Source: Trichoplax adhaerens
Taxonomy: Eukaryota; Animalia; Placozoa
Direction: 5' to 3'
Length of the DNA stretch: 64,000 nt
Assembly (NCBI RefSeq): GCF_000150275.1
Contig: NW_002060946.1
Coordinates: 7,297,855-7,361,854 of the forward strand
Made by a program: the position numbers and the translations under genes. The notes under the pieces were generated by a model, which saw only the letters and a program-made list of their open reading frames with translations, did not search any database and was not told where the DNA came from. Positions within the stretch are counted from its first letter, which is position 1. Each line of letters begins with the position of its first letter. This document shows positions 1 through 13,321 of the stretch, piece by piece.

Positions 1-85
1 ATGAAAGTACCACGTAACTGCAATTTATGGACGCTTGATCTGATTGCAATTACTCATTCAAAATATATACGCATATGTTACTTAC

Positions 86-3000
86 TATGAGGAAGACGGC
101 GCCCAAGAGTGTTGCTTTGATCTTCACATCTAAGTCCATTGGGACTAAAGTACATAAATAGATTTAGTATTACTTTCATAATTCCATTGTCATGATTAGC
201 TATATAACTTTAACCACTACAAATTACATGTTATTCCGAAATTATCGGCATCTGTGTATGCTTCTTTTAAAAAGCCAGACCACTGTTTCGTTATCTTGCC
301 AACGGGTGTTTCACCTTCAAGAGGTAAAACCTAGTTCGAGGTAAACAAATGCATTACGTATGCAGACTATTACATATAATACTTCAATTATATCAATGTA
401 TTAGTAATCAAGTTAAGGGGTCAGACTTTGATGATGAATATGTACCATTTTCAATAGTTTACTTTAAAAACATTACCTCAAAGTTAACATCGCCAAAGCA
501 TGAACAAGGGCAAAATGGTCCTTTAATTCTTAGGACTGGGTTTCTGTTGGCGTCCAAAATTTTAAACTCAGGAAAGATAACAGACCACCTTACCAAATAA
601 TTAATTGACAATAATCCAAAAGCGTTAGCAACATAGCGTATTAGTAAATGGAATGATGAATTTAATTGTATCTTATAAGAACTCAATTAAGTTGAATAAT
701 ATTGAGCTTACTGTTGCTCGATATAACCAATGGGTGTGCCAGGTGGTGATTGCACCTCCAATTCCTGTAAGCAGCAGGGACAACAGCAGCAAGAGCAGCG
801 AAGAGGACGTACCAAATGGATGATTTCTCGGTTATTATTATCGCAAATGCTCATCTCAAATGAACGCAATGGTCCGCAGCATTGTAAAGTTAAACAATCG
901 TTTTCTGCACATATTCATTAAAGTAGGGAAGAAAATTTTGAAATGAAAGCACCGATACCCAGAAAATAAATGCAACGTGAAATGAGAAATCGTCTTGGTC
1001 CTATTCTATCGATCAAGGTATTACTTACGCTCAGCAGCAAAATAGACTTGTTGACCCATGCTGTTCTTAACCATGTATCTGTTGTGCGTTTCCCAGTTTG
1101 TAAATACTATATACAGTGAATAAGAGAAAAGAACTTATTATTCCTTTATCCTTATTCTTCGACTAAATTTGTGTATATGTTACGAATATATACACAGTAT
1201 TCATAAAAATCCATTTCGTTTATATAGGCATAAAATAATATTTACTCAGACGATCGAGTAATCTCATTTGCTATCTGTACATGAATTTCCTGGCTATTTT
1301 GGGGACTGCGAGATGACACGACGTATAAATCCTCTTATAAATGCGTACCATATACTGTAATATTTAAGAGCGTAAATACTGTGAAAGCAAAATCAGTTCA
1401 ATCAATTTTTTAGGGCAATATTTTACAGGACCGTTTCTAATAATCCATTAAAAGTAAACCGGCCAACAGGCACGAGTTCTCTATATAATCTAGGCCAATC
1501 TGGATACATTATAAAAATGCAATCAGAAATACAGCAGTAGTTCATCGTAACCAAATTCAGTAAGGAAGTACTACTACATACAATGTAAGTTTAGTAATCA
1601 GCAAACTTTTTCGAGTTAATTATCTAACGTGGGTAAGATATAAGATTTTTTCAGCGTGCAATCAATATTCTTAGGTGAGCATAACTGACTCTTGGCAGAT
1701 TTAGTAACTGCAAATTAGAGTATAACGGACACTGGATTAATTATTATGGCGCTTTAATTAATCTGTGATTACTACGAGCTTGAGTGAAATGCGTATTAGA
1801 TTATTACCGCAATAGGGAATTTTACGAATAAGGACATGGCGCCCAGATGCAGTGGTGAAAATGCGGAGGGATATAAAAAAGGATTAATTGCATTCATGGG
1901 TGGAACAGTCTTTCTAACAAACACCGACGATGTGAGATAGTTTCTACTCTCGAATGTAATGTATGACATATATATGTTAAAGAACGGTACAAGGATTTCA
2001 TGGTTAATAATATAAAAAGGTATTTAGCATTAACAACGGAGGAAAATTAGTGGAAATAGGCAAGCGTATCAGGCTAACGTCGTAGCCAATCTGTTCTTGT
2101 ATACCGATACTTTATTAATTATGTTATAGGTTTGATCACGGTGGGAATTTGGATATACAGTAAATGTTAAAGTAATGGATTTTCTATCAGTACAGTATAC
2201 TCGTGAGCGCATAACTTCAATTACTGTCTTTGGCAATTGGTACTCAGTAACTGCGGAGCATAGCCGTCCAGTAAAAAAAATAAACAGCTCGGGAATTGAT
2301 ACAAGTCGTCCTGTTGAAAACATCTACTTTAGAGAATATGAAGGAAGAAGATCCCAATAGCAAAATCTGAGTCTATATCCATGATTGGCAGTGAGTTTAG
2401 TTATACGTCCTCCTACGCCTGCTGTCAGGGACTACTTTGCAAGGTGTAATCGGCAAAAAAATGCTGGAAAAAAGGTCAAAGAAAATTTTCAATTGCATCT
2501 ATAGTATTTGTTTTGTGTCGTAGTCCCTGCCTATTACTGCATCAAGTACATACAGTCTAAACGATGTGATCAGGGTTCGTCGAGATCCAATCGACAACGG
2601 CTTCGCTTTAGCTTTTAACCACGCTAATAAACGTTCTGCATCACTTCATTAATTCATATCCTACTCAACATCTCTGAATCTATTTTATCTCCACCAAAGC
2701 GATCAATTTGCATTTTCTAAATTGATCCAATTGTCCAACACCCCAATACCTACTGTACAGTAAAGTCGACTGGAGATTAACGAGAGTCGTACACTTTGCG
2801 GAAAAGGAAAGAAATGGAGTCTAGACGATCGTGGCTGTTGTACCATCAACTACTGTCATGTCTATTGTGCAATGAAGGGAGGGGGAGGTTTGATATTAAA
2901 AAAAAAAATGGCAATTACATTCTAATAATTCGACCAGTTGATGAATCAAAAGTTGATCAATTTGAGTTAGATATTCAAGACCAGGAGGGCAACCAGCTAT

Positions 3001-3324
3001 ACTAGGCGGTGGAGCCATCCACTGAACTTGCTGTTGCTGTGGCGGCATTGCTGGAGGAGCCATTCCAGCCTGTGGGGGAAATTGTTGCGGTTGTTGTTGC
3101 CATTGGCCTGGTTGTTGCATAACGGCTTGGCCAGGTGGAGCCATTCCATATTGGGCTTGAGCAACGGGAGGATATTGCTGGCCTGGTGGAGGATATTGCT
3201 GGCCTGGTGGAGGATATTGCTGCGCTGGTGGAGGATATTGTTGCCCTGGTGGTGGCTGCTTCTGCTGGTCGGGTCCGGCAAAAGTGACATTGACTTGTTG
3301 AGGATTTCCTTGCTCTTGACTCAT
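86..3324 (-). CDS. Phospholipid scramblase paralog 1 (PLSCR family), 3'-truncated by window edge
   Basis: Spliced exons: 3324-2919, 1106-1029, 904-712, 588-477, 330-228, 144-86; the last exon lies left of position 1. All junctions are GT-AG with the frame kept. Motifs: Q/P-rich N-term with QQYPPP repeats, [110 protein letters not shown]. Confidence 0.95.
3170..3252 (-). repeat. 21-bp coding tandem repeat ([14 protein letters not shown]) in PLSCR copy 1 exon 1
   Basis: About four copies of ggatattgctggcctggtgga-like units, translating to (G/A)QQYPP(P) x4. Confidence 0.85.
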
Positions 3325-3631
3325 GCTTTGTTTTCACCGAATACAGTAATAGTAGTACAATCGATTCAGCAATAGAGAATAGATTCCAATAAGAAAGTTA
3401 TCCAAGTTTTTTTTCCGTCGACGAAGAAGAAGAAGACTGTTGAGTAAACTGGAAAGAGCCGAAAATGCCTCCAAAAGCTTTTCACCATGCTTTTAAAAAC
3501 GTAGTCCCATAGAGTTTCCTAGTAACGCCCAAAATGATAGTTACTGCTTACCGGCCAGTAGCTTCGTTTCAGCACTCTAGTAGTAGCAAACCGCGCTGTG
3601 GTGCTGTACCGGTACAGTGCATGTCCTCCAA

Positions 3632-3803
3632 TGAATCCGAAATCCGAAATGGTTTGACATCGGTGAATCCGAAATCCGAAATGACGATATTCGCCAATCC
3701 AAATCCGATCCAATAAGAAAATAATATAATGGATCTGAATGAATCCGAATTTTCTACAATCCGAATCCAATCCGATCGGATTGGATTCGAGTCGGATTTC
3801 CTA
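3632..3803. repeat. AATCCG(A)-rich short repeat ending in a perfect 28-bp palindrome; possible non-autonomous DNA/rolling-circle element remnant
   Basis: Many aatccga/atccgaa motifs; cgaatccaatccgatcggattggattcg (3762-3789) is its own reverse complement. Confidence 0.6.
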
Positions 3804-3904
3804 CAGTGTACAGTACAGTACTATACTAGACGATTGCTAAACACTGGACTGTACACTGTACACTGTACAGTACAGAGAGGGAGGCTGGGCGCGGTGCGAA
3901 AAAG

Positions 3905-3931
3905 TGACGTCATGCCCTTGAGTCAGCCAAT
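3905..3931. promoter_or_regulatory. Clustered CRE (TGACGTCA), AP-1 (TGAGTCA) and CCAAT motifs ~600 bp upstream of PLSCR copy 1
   Basis: tgacgtca 3905-3912, tgagtca 3919-3925, ccaat 3927-3931, preceded by a GC-rich patch (gggaggctgggcgcgg). Function not shown. Confidence 0.4.
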
Positions 3932-6375
3932 CAAAATTCTCGTTTTTGATCTTGTACAGTGTACAGTATCACCGTTTTTGAGGCAATGTACTGTACATCG
4001 TGATTATTTTCTTTTCAGATAAATCGACGAATATTTTTTGAGTTATTTCTTCATCAAAATCAATAAAATTTTATACGTGTGAAGAGAGGAAGTTCTGGTA
4101 AAGATTTTTGTATAGTTTATTTTTGTTAAATAATTGTCCTTAACCAATTTTATTTACGATTTATGGTGTACCGTTATTCTTCTAGAAATAGCCATTTTAC
4201 AGTATTTACTGGTAACAACTACAATGTAATTTTGACTTTGATACTGAAGCGATATGTCCGCTACGCATTACGTAAATGTGCTCTGGCATAAACGTTACGC
4301 TAATACCGAATCGCCGAAAAAACATGGCGAGTTTGCATTAAAATGATGTTTGATACATTCATTTCAGTCATTTTATAAGCAAGAAATAGGGGTTTTGATT
4401 GTAAAATGATCAGTAAATACTGTACTGTACGATACTGTACTGTACTGTACTGTACACTTGTGTTCTTGATGTAGCCAAAATCAACAATTGAAGCAAAATA
4501 GCTGCGGCCATTTATGGTATACGCTTACACTTCCAAGTATAGATATGTTTATGTCTGTACATCAAGCTCTATCATCATCTCAAGGCATGAGAATCGATTT
4601 TAGCACAGTTCTAATACAGAATGAAGCTCGTATAGTCATGAAATACTTCCCAGGAGTATTTCATAGTCCATAGTACAGGACAGTAATTGAATTCATTTTT
4701 ATCCTTGTTCTACTGTCTAATGTTGGTTCACGCCCTCTACCCGACAACGCTTTGACTACAGTACACCACTGCAGTGCTACTATGGATACGTACATCATTT
4801 CACTGATACTAACTCAATTTATATGCAATGTCTAAAATATGGGAAGAGTGGACTTTCTGCATTCTTATAGTGGCGTCCAGTAGCTTGGAAATGGTTTCAT
4901 TTTATTGGATACCACCTAGAATAGAATAGAGAATATAGTAGCGTCCAGCAGCTTCCAAATGGTTGCATTTTTGATGCAACCATGAATAGAATACTATATT
5001 CAATATCAATTCAGTTTTACGCATCCACTCCTTAAATGCCCAACCTAGCAACCGACCCAAACCAATAGCGATCATAACCTATCAATTATTTCTGCGTATT
5101 TGAATTTATTGAATGGATAGAGATTGAATAACTTTCTTGTTTCTATTTCTAGTCATGATTTAATGATAGGAGTACTGTCATGTATAGAGCATATAATAAT
5201 AAAATACAACTATCGCTGCTTTGTATTCTTGCCCAACTTATTACTAAACTCTTACGAGTCTGGCATACTTTTCAATATCGAAACATGTCACAGGACATGC
5301 CAACACCATCATCTATCACACAAGCTAGAGGGGAAAATTGAAAATGGAAATCTATGAGTAGACCGTATATTGTTTGAATATAGTCCAATAAAGTTCTTGG
5401 TGATATGTTAACACTGCAGTTATCCTATATGGGCACGAGTTCGTAATACAGCATCTGTAAGGTTAAGAGATAAATGTAATTCCAGCTAAAATTTTACCGG
5501 ATCGCGCGTTTGCATTAAAGTATCTCATACATACGAGTCGTCCTAGGTATTATCCAAAACTAACCTTAACTACAGATTTTATTAGTATTTGTGCACATCA
5601 AATGACGCTCTATTTGGGCTGAATTTGAATACCCATTTTCATAGCATCGCAATGTCTGCGTGGCTATAGGCCGATCTCAAAATCTTTAGCTTCTCATCAA
5701 AACTTTCTATAGCACAACTAATAGGGGATTGTAGCAGCATAGAATCGATTGTAAGGTAATCTCTACCAGTTTATGGTATAAGTTGATCTTGCTTTCAAAT
5801 TAATATTTATTAACCTATATTCGATACTAGTGCATAGCAACTCTAGGTTAAATATATATCACTAGAGAAAGAAAGCTACCAAACCATTCCTGTCGCGGTT
5901 CTAATCATACTTTTGTTAACAACATCTTGATAGCATTATATAGTGCTTGCTATAATTATTCTATAACTATACTACGGTGCTACAGCAATACATCTCCGTC
6001 AATTCCGACTAGCTTCAGAAAATATTCTATGCCGTCAGTTATCTATTCTAAAAAAAATTTATTTTCTACAAGATTGAATATTAAAACAACAAAACGAAAC
6101 AGATACTGTATAATACCGTGAGATGTGAGGAAATTTAAAATGCCATTGAGAATTGACGAACAAATTAAAAATTACATTGGCTGAATTACCCTTCACATAA
6201 TACCAATCGCTGATATGTACGGTAATTAAGTTATTAGAGCACTAATAATTTAAGGATTTACATTTCTATTATCTTAAATTCAAATAATTGATGGTTTTAT
6301 TCTATTTTAAAAATAACTACGAGATAGTTCAGTTTAAAAATTTCGCATTTGTTACGATGATCTGATAAAAACTTT

Positions 6376-9300
6376 CTAATTACTGCCACCGTAATTATTA
6401 TTATTGCAGCTGTCTTCAAAGAACATGAAATCCTGTTTGCAAAAGAAAATCAGGTTATTAATAAACATATTTGTGTCCAAATTATAAATGTAAATTAACG
6501 GTTTGTATTAAAGCAATGATTTTAGTTCCAAGTATGTTATCGTACTGTAAATTGAGTCAGGAACTACTATACTCCACTAAAATGAATGAGTACTAAAGAT
6601 GGAACTGCATTCATATTTAAAGGTCTTACGGCGCATCAGGGAAGGAAAAGAAAGTTATTTTATAAGAAAAATTTATTTAGCGTGATTAAACGATAATCTT
6701 ACAATAAGAAAGACAGCTCCCAATAAAGTAGCCTTCGCTTTTACGTCCAGGTCCATTGGAACTAACGTAGATAATTGAAATCCAAGATAGCAAAGTCAAA
6801 ATTATGTGATAAATAATCGCTAAAAAGTTACCTATCGTTTCATAAACACGGCATAATATGCGTATATAATTCATAATAATAATTAGGAAACAGCCGCTGT
6901 AAATTCTATTTTTGATGCAGCTTGTAGCATTTGAGTAATCTGACATACGAGTGTATTTCCATTACATACTACTGTGTTATACATGAAAAAATGATCTGCA
7001 TTGATTTTGGACATGCAGAGTAAGAACTGATATCATGAAATAGTGAGAGTATTTGTTCGATGGATATAAGCAATAGCTAAGATAAAATGTAACTGATAGT
7101 ATTTCTTACAACTAATTCCGAAGTTGTCAGCATCCGTAAATACTTCCTTTGCCAATCCAGACCACTGCTTAGTAATTCTACCAACAGATTGACTGCCATC
7201 AGCAGAAGTTACCTTAATACGAACATTAATGAAAGCGACGAACTTCATAAATACGTACGATATACTTGTTTAATGACAACAAGTTACGCTTTCTAGCGAA
7301 ATTGTTAGCGTTCATATAAAACTATGATGGCTTTTAGTAACCTAAAAACGCAGGACCATGAACATGTTCTAAATAGCTGTTTAGGAGTAATTTCATGTTA
7401 CCTACCTCAAAATTAACGTCTTTACAGCAAGAACAAGTCCAGCAAGGTCCCTTGATTTTCAACAGTACGTTTTTGTTAGCATCCATAATATTAAACTCCG
7501 GAAAGATTATGGTCCATCTTGAAATATCAACAATAGATTAACTACTTATGTAACAACTGTATATTAACTTTGAATAATTATCTCCTCCTTACTTTTGCTC
7601 AATATAACCGATGGTAGTGCCAGGCGGAGATTGAACTTCCATTTCTTGCAAACAGCACGGAAAGCAGCACTCATCACATCGTAGAGGACGAACTAAATGA
7701 ATGATTTCCCGGTTACTGTTGTCTGTAATGCTCATTTCAAACGATCGTATAGGCCCACAGCATTGCAGGTTGAGGCAGTCATTTTCTATTGCATTAATAT
7801 GGCAGAAGTAGTTTATTATTTTGAAATTATGAATATAAACTGAAAAATATGATAAATCGAGTCTTTTTTTGTAGCAGATAATTACAGTATTTTTACGAGC
7901 ACAGTTTCGGTCTGTTGAGCATATAATGAGGATCACTTCATCATTCTGCTTTTGCTCGATGCTAAATATACATTACAGTATCATTCTCTATATCAAAGAT
8001 ATACCGTATATCCCTTATTAAATGATACCTACTTTCAGCAGCGAAAAAAACTTGTTGTCCCATGGTATTCTTGACCGTGAATCTATTCAATGTTTCCCAG
8101 TTGGTCATCACTATAAAGATACAGATGCAGTAGTTATTAGTAAAATGTTATTATATTACAGTTATAGTGGATGAATACCATCGCTGCAAACTTATATGAG
8201 TACTATACTGTACGTATATCATATACTACAGTCTAATAGATTGAACTAATGGGCTGAAATGAAAAATGATCAAAGGATAAATGGACCCTATTGAAGGTAC
8301 ATAATAAAAAGTATAATTTCATGTATATGCAATTTTCTCATTAATTAATTAGACTTAATTAGTTGATCAACACGTTTTTTTTAAATTGACAAGCGACACA
8401 CTTTGCGTGAGAATGCGCGTATGCTATTACTAAAATGTATAATAATTATAATTGAATCCATTTTTGGATAAAAATCCTACAACAGGGACTATAATAAAGA
8501 TTGGAATTGTACTAAAAACTCTTAATGGACAATCGATTGTGGATGGATATTGATAAAACAGTAGTAGCGTACAGGAATTGCAGATTAGTAAGGCCACAAT
8601 GAAGATATTCTAGATAAAAGGAAGAAAGAAGTAACATTTCTAGACGGGGATGAGTAGCGATAAAGTAGCAAAAGTTGATTCTATTAGTTCTAAAAGTTAT
8701 TATGACAGTGATATCCTACTAGACGGCAAATAATACAGTATAATTAATGTAGTAGTATATAAAATAAATTAAATAGATACATCATTATTACTTTCTGCCT
8801 GCCAGTAAAATGCCACTAATGATAATACTGTAAAAAGATCGTAAGCGGTTTGCACTTTCAGTAACGTTATAAGGCAACTATTTCCATCCAGATAGCTAAT
8901 TTCCACTAAAACTAAGACTAAAACACAATGCTATTGCACGAAAGAGGAGTAATATTTCTATTCCTTTGGTAATTATTAAGACCAGAAGACTTGCACGTTT
9001 GACAACATGACCCTTTTCATTTTATGAAAAATAGCAATACGCAGCATTGCACACTGTACAGTATGTGATCAATTCATTCACGAGGTGCTATATCTATCTT
9101 GTCAATACTACAGTATTACAAGTTAGCAAGTGGGGGATATTATTAGTTTATTTAACTATAATTGCTCCACTTGCTTTCCCGATCTCAGTTGATATCGTAT
9201 CCCCACATTCAGTAGAAGTAAATGACTTTAGTTCTTGTTATTAATGTCAGTACTGTGCCAAAGATTGTACAACAGTACTTATGCAAACTAACAACTCAGT

Positions 9301-10866
9301 AATAAATGTCAACAGAATCAACAAAATTAGGACAAGGCGGACGTAAATAAATTTCTCTGTGTTTTATATGTACATACAGCACGACTATATCACATGGTAA
9401 CGCATACTGTATATACTCGTCATAATGGTTATATTTATTTAATCAAGCAACAATAATACTAAACAGAAATGTCAATGTCTTTTCTAGTACAGTCGAACAC
9501 AAGAGAGAAAAAATAAAAAATAATTAATACGCCGCATCAACGTCTCTGATTTTTCCATGGGCATGGACTATTCAATACAAGTAGATTTGCCGCTTGTTCT
9601 ACTTGGCTAACTACGGAATACTGATTGTACTGGTACTTTTTTACTTTTGCATCCCATACAGCCCATTTAATTAATATACTGTAGATTAGCATCAAACTTA
9701 TGTATATCTTTGACTTTTCCATGGACAAGAACGATTCAATACGAGTAGATTCGCTGTTGGTTCTACTTGGCCAACTACGGAATACTGATTGTACTTGTAC
9801 TTATTTACTTTTGCATCGCATAAGTACATTTAATATACTGTAGATTAGTATGAAAGTTACGTATATCTCTGACTTTTCCATGGACAGGGACGATTCAATA
9901 CGAGTAGATTCGCTGCTTGCTCTACTTGGCGAACTACAGTATACTGATTATACTTGCACTTTTTTACTTTTGCATCACACACAGTACATTTAATATACTG
10001 TAGATTAGCATGAAAGTTGCGTATATCTCTGACTTTTCCATGGACAAGCAGTATTCAAGACGAGTAGATTCGGTGCTTGTTCTACTTGGCGAACTACGGA
10101 ATACGGAGTATACTTGTATTTTTTTACTTGGCATCATATACCGTACATTTACTATAATGTAGATTAGTATGAAATTTATGTATCATTTGGGATACTTTGG
10201 CACGATCATTCGCATTATGTAGAGTATATTTACTAGACAATTTTCTAAGTTGCGTTGGGTGAGGAGTAGATGATGAGATAGTAGACAAAAAAAGTGTAAA
10301 GAAATGTATTTACTGGTATAATTTAAGAGTAAAGAGAAAAAATAAAAATGCATTGCATCAGCGACATGGACTATTTACTATAAGAAGTCTAGACAATTTT
10401 CGAGGTTGTTTGGGGTGAGGGCAACGTGAGATAGACAGACAAAAAAGTGCAAAGAGATACTTGGAGAATACTATTTTTGTGAGCTCATTAGAAGGACTAT
10501 GTGAAATTTGAAATAGGCGTACGTTAGATAGCCTTAGTGTCTTGTTTTTCACTCTTTACCGTGTACTATTGTAGATATTGAAAATGTGCTTTACTGTGCA
10601 GTTTCAATCTTGTAACTCATTTATTCACGTTTGCCAAGGTTTGGGTTACCTTCAAAAATTTCCACAACTTGATGAATTAATAGTTGATCGATCTGACTTA
10701 GATATTCTAGACCAGGTGGGCAACCAACAGGAATAACAGTCGGTGTTGGCATCCATTGAACTGGTGGCTGGCCTTGGGGTTGGCTTACTACTGCCGAATT
10801 TCCCGGTTGAGCAAATCCAACAGCAACACCTCCTATCGCTTCTGGTTGTCCGCTCTTTTCTTCCAT
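6376..10866 (-). CDS. Phospholipid scramblase paralog 2 (PLSCR family), complete, ~272 aa
   Basis: Exons 10866-10650, 8110-8033, 7785-7593, 7517-7406, 7212-7110, 6761-6703, 6432-6376 (819 nt). [91 protein letters not shown]. Internal exon sizes are identical to copy 1 (78/193/112/103/59). Confidence 0.95.
9545..10180. repeat. ~160-bp tandem repeat, ~4 diverged copies, inside intron 1 of PLSCR copy 2
   Basis: ttttccatgg..agtagatt..tctacttggc..actac motif; ccatgg recurs at 9555, 9719, 9878 and 10038 (periods 164/159/160). Confidence 0.85.
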
Positions 10867-11084
10867 TTTCCCAGCAATAGCACAACGATTGAATGTTGAT
10901 CGAATTTCGAACAATGTTGAATATCACAAGCTACCACTTGATATTGAAAAGACTCTTCTTTAGCAGAATAGAGTAATCAATTCTAGCGCAAGTTGGGTTT
11001 TTCCAAGCTAAATATCAATTTCTGCGATTGTATTGATCTGCAAAATGTCCAAGTACTATCGTATGTAAATCGCTTACCCTGCCT

Positions 11085-11141
11085 ACGGCAATGAGTGTGG
11101 AACAAACCAACAGTGTTGTTGTGGCCTACACTCATTGCCGT
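11085..11141. repeat. Long hairpin: perfect 14-bp inverted repeat with partly paired interior
   Basis: acggcaatgagtgt (11085-11098) / acactcattgccgt (11128-11141); the interior contains caac-agt-gttg. Confidence 0.75.
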
Positions 11142-11297
11142 GCCCAGTGTCGTGTACCTGACTTGACTTTAATGTACACTCTACCGAACCAATGGACTGA
11201 ATAAACAGGGATAATTTATACAGTACAGCAGACTATGCACAAGCAGTCTAGTGTAAACAAGAACAAAGCTACAAACGGAGGAGGGCCATGCCCAACC

Positions 11298-12980
11298 ACG
11301 AAAAGAAACCCTTTGGCCTTTCTTGGCCACCTTTGCCTATGGCTGTAGCGTTGTCAGGATCTTATGTAATGACAAAATTTCCACAGTCGTACTAATAAGA
11401 GCATAGGCATTTACGAAAAGAAACCCATTGGCCTTTCTTGGCCACCCTTGCCTATGGCTGTAGCGTTGTCAGGATCTTATGTAATGACAAAATTTCCACA
11501 GTCGTACTAATAAGAGCATAGGCGTTTTTCGATATTTAAGCTTTTGCTAAGCACGAAAAGAAATCCACTGGCCTTTCTTGGCCACCCTTGCCTATGGCTG
11601 TAGCGTTGTCAGGATCTTATGTAATGACAAAATTTCCACAGTCGTACTAATAAGAGCATAGGCATTTACGAAAAGAAACCCATTGGCCTTTCTTGGCCAC
11701 CCTTGCCTATGGCTGTAGCGTTGTCAGGATCTTATGTAATGACAAAATTTCCACAGTCGTACTAATAAGAGCATAGGCGTTTTTCGATATTTAAGCTTTT
11801 GCTAAGCACGAAAAGAAATCCACTGGCCTTTCTTGGCCACCTTTGCCTATGGCTGTAGCGTTGTCAGGATCTTATGTAATGACAAAATTTCCACAGTCGT
11901 ACTAATAAGAGCATAGGCATTTACGAAAAGAAACCCATTGGCCTTTCTTGGCCACCCTTGCCTATGGCTGTAGCGTTGTCAGGATCTTATGTAATGACAA
12001 AATTTCCACAGTCGTACTAATAAGAGCATAGGCGTTTTTCGATATTTAAGCTTTTGCTAAGCACGAAAAGAAATCCACTGGCCTTTCTTGGCCACCCTTG
12101 CCTATGGCTGTAGCGTTGTCAGGATCTTATGTAATGACAAAATTTCCACAGTCGTACTAATAAGAGCATAGGCGTTTTTCGATATTTAAGCTTTTGCTAA
12201 GCACGAAAAGAAATCCATTGGTCTTTCTTGGCCACCTTGCGTGTAGCCCTGTCAGGTGCTATAACGACGGAATTTCCACTGTCGTACTAATAAGAGCATA
12301 GGCGTTTTTCGATATTTAAAGCTTTTGCTAACCACGGAAAGAAACCCACTGGCCTTTCTTGGCCACCCTTGCCTATGGCTGTAGCGTTGTCAGGATCTTA
12401 TGTAATGACAAAATTTTTACAGTCGTACTAATAAGAGCATAGGCATTTATACAACATTTTCGATATTTAAGCTTTTGCTAAACACGAAAAAGAAACCCAC
12501 TGGCCTTTCTTGGCCACCTTGCGTGTAGCTGCAGCCCTATCAGGTACTATAACGACGGAATTTCCACTGTCGTACTAATAAGAGCGTAGGTGTTTACAAC
12601 ATTTTCGATATTTAAGCTTTTGCTAAACACGAAAAAGAAACCCACTGGCCTTTCTTGGCCACCTTGCGTGTAGCTACAGCCCTATCAGGTACTATAACGA
12701 CGGAATTTCCACTGTCGTACTAATAAGAGCATAGGCGTTTCTGGATATTTAAGCTTCTGCTAAACACGAAAAGAAACCCACTGGCCTTTCTTGGCCACCT
12801 TGCGTGTAGCAGCAGCCCTATCAGGTACTATAACGACGGAATTTCCACTGTCGTACTAATAAAAGCATAGGCGATTATTCAACATTTTAAATATTAAAGA
12901 AGCCTAATGGCCTTTCTTGGCCACCCTTGCGTGTAGCGCTGTCAGGTGCTGTAACGATGGAATTTCCACTCTCGTACTAA
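11298..12980. repeat. Minisatellite array, ~13 units of 115-150 bp, with a 255-bp higher-order dimer
   Basis: Unit starts (acgaaaag-like) at 11298, 11413, 11553, 11668, 11808, 11923, 12063, 12203, 12334, 12484, 12629, 12766 and ~12895. Core ggcctttcttggccacc...gtcgtactaataagagcataggc. Confidence 0.95.
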
Positions 12981-13321
12981 TTTATTTAATTTCCTTTATA
13001 TTTCCCATTCAATTGGCATCAGGAAGCGTACTTGCACATACTTGTATTCTTTTTTTTATAAATAATTTGCTAATAAAGATAGGCCATGCACTTAAAGACT
13101 ATCGAAAGACTACTACTGTAAGATTGAATGGATAAAAATAATACCTTAAACAACCGGTAAAAGTGGACCGTAAAACCATTTGATAACCAGTATAAAAAAG
13201 AATATGGATTATGAACAACTAACTTTACGTGCAATACATTCAAGCATATAAAGTCTGCTTAAATACAGTTTATTCCCTAGATTGCTTTCATCTTGCAATA
13301 TACCAACAGAATAGTTTTGCA

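Noticed and set aside
2069-2360. Nested ORFs in PLSCR copy 1 intron 1
   Set aside because: Short, no recognisable motifs or exon partners.
2997-3375. Overlapping alternative ORFs (NILHQAS repeats, ISSTRPA repeats, WWRILLA repeats)
   Set aside because: Off-frame or antisense readings of the 21-bp repeat in PLSCR copy 1 exon 1.
11298-12980. Possible CRISPR array or hammerhead-ribozyme (retrozyme) repeats
   Set aside because: Units are whole-length tandem copies with no unique spacers, there are no cas genes and the context is eukaryotic; no CUGANGA..GAAA core seen on either strand.
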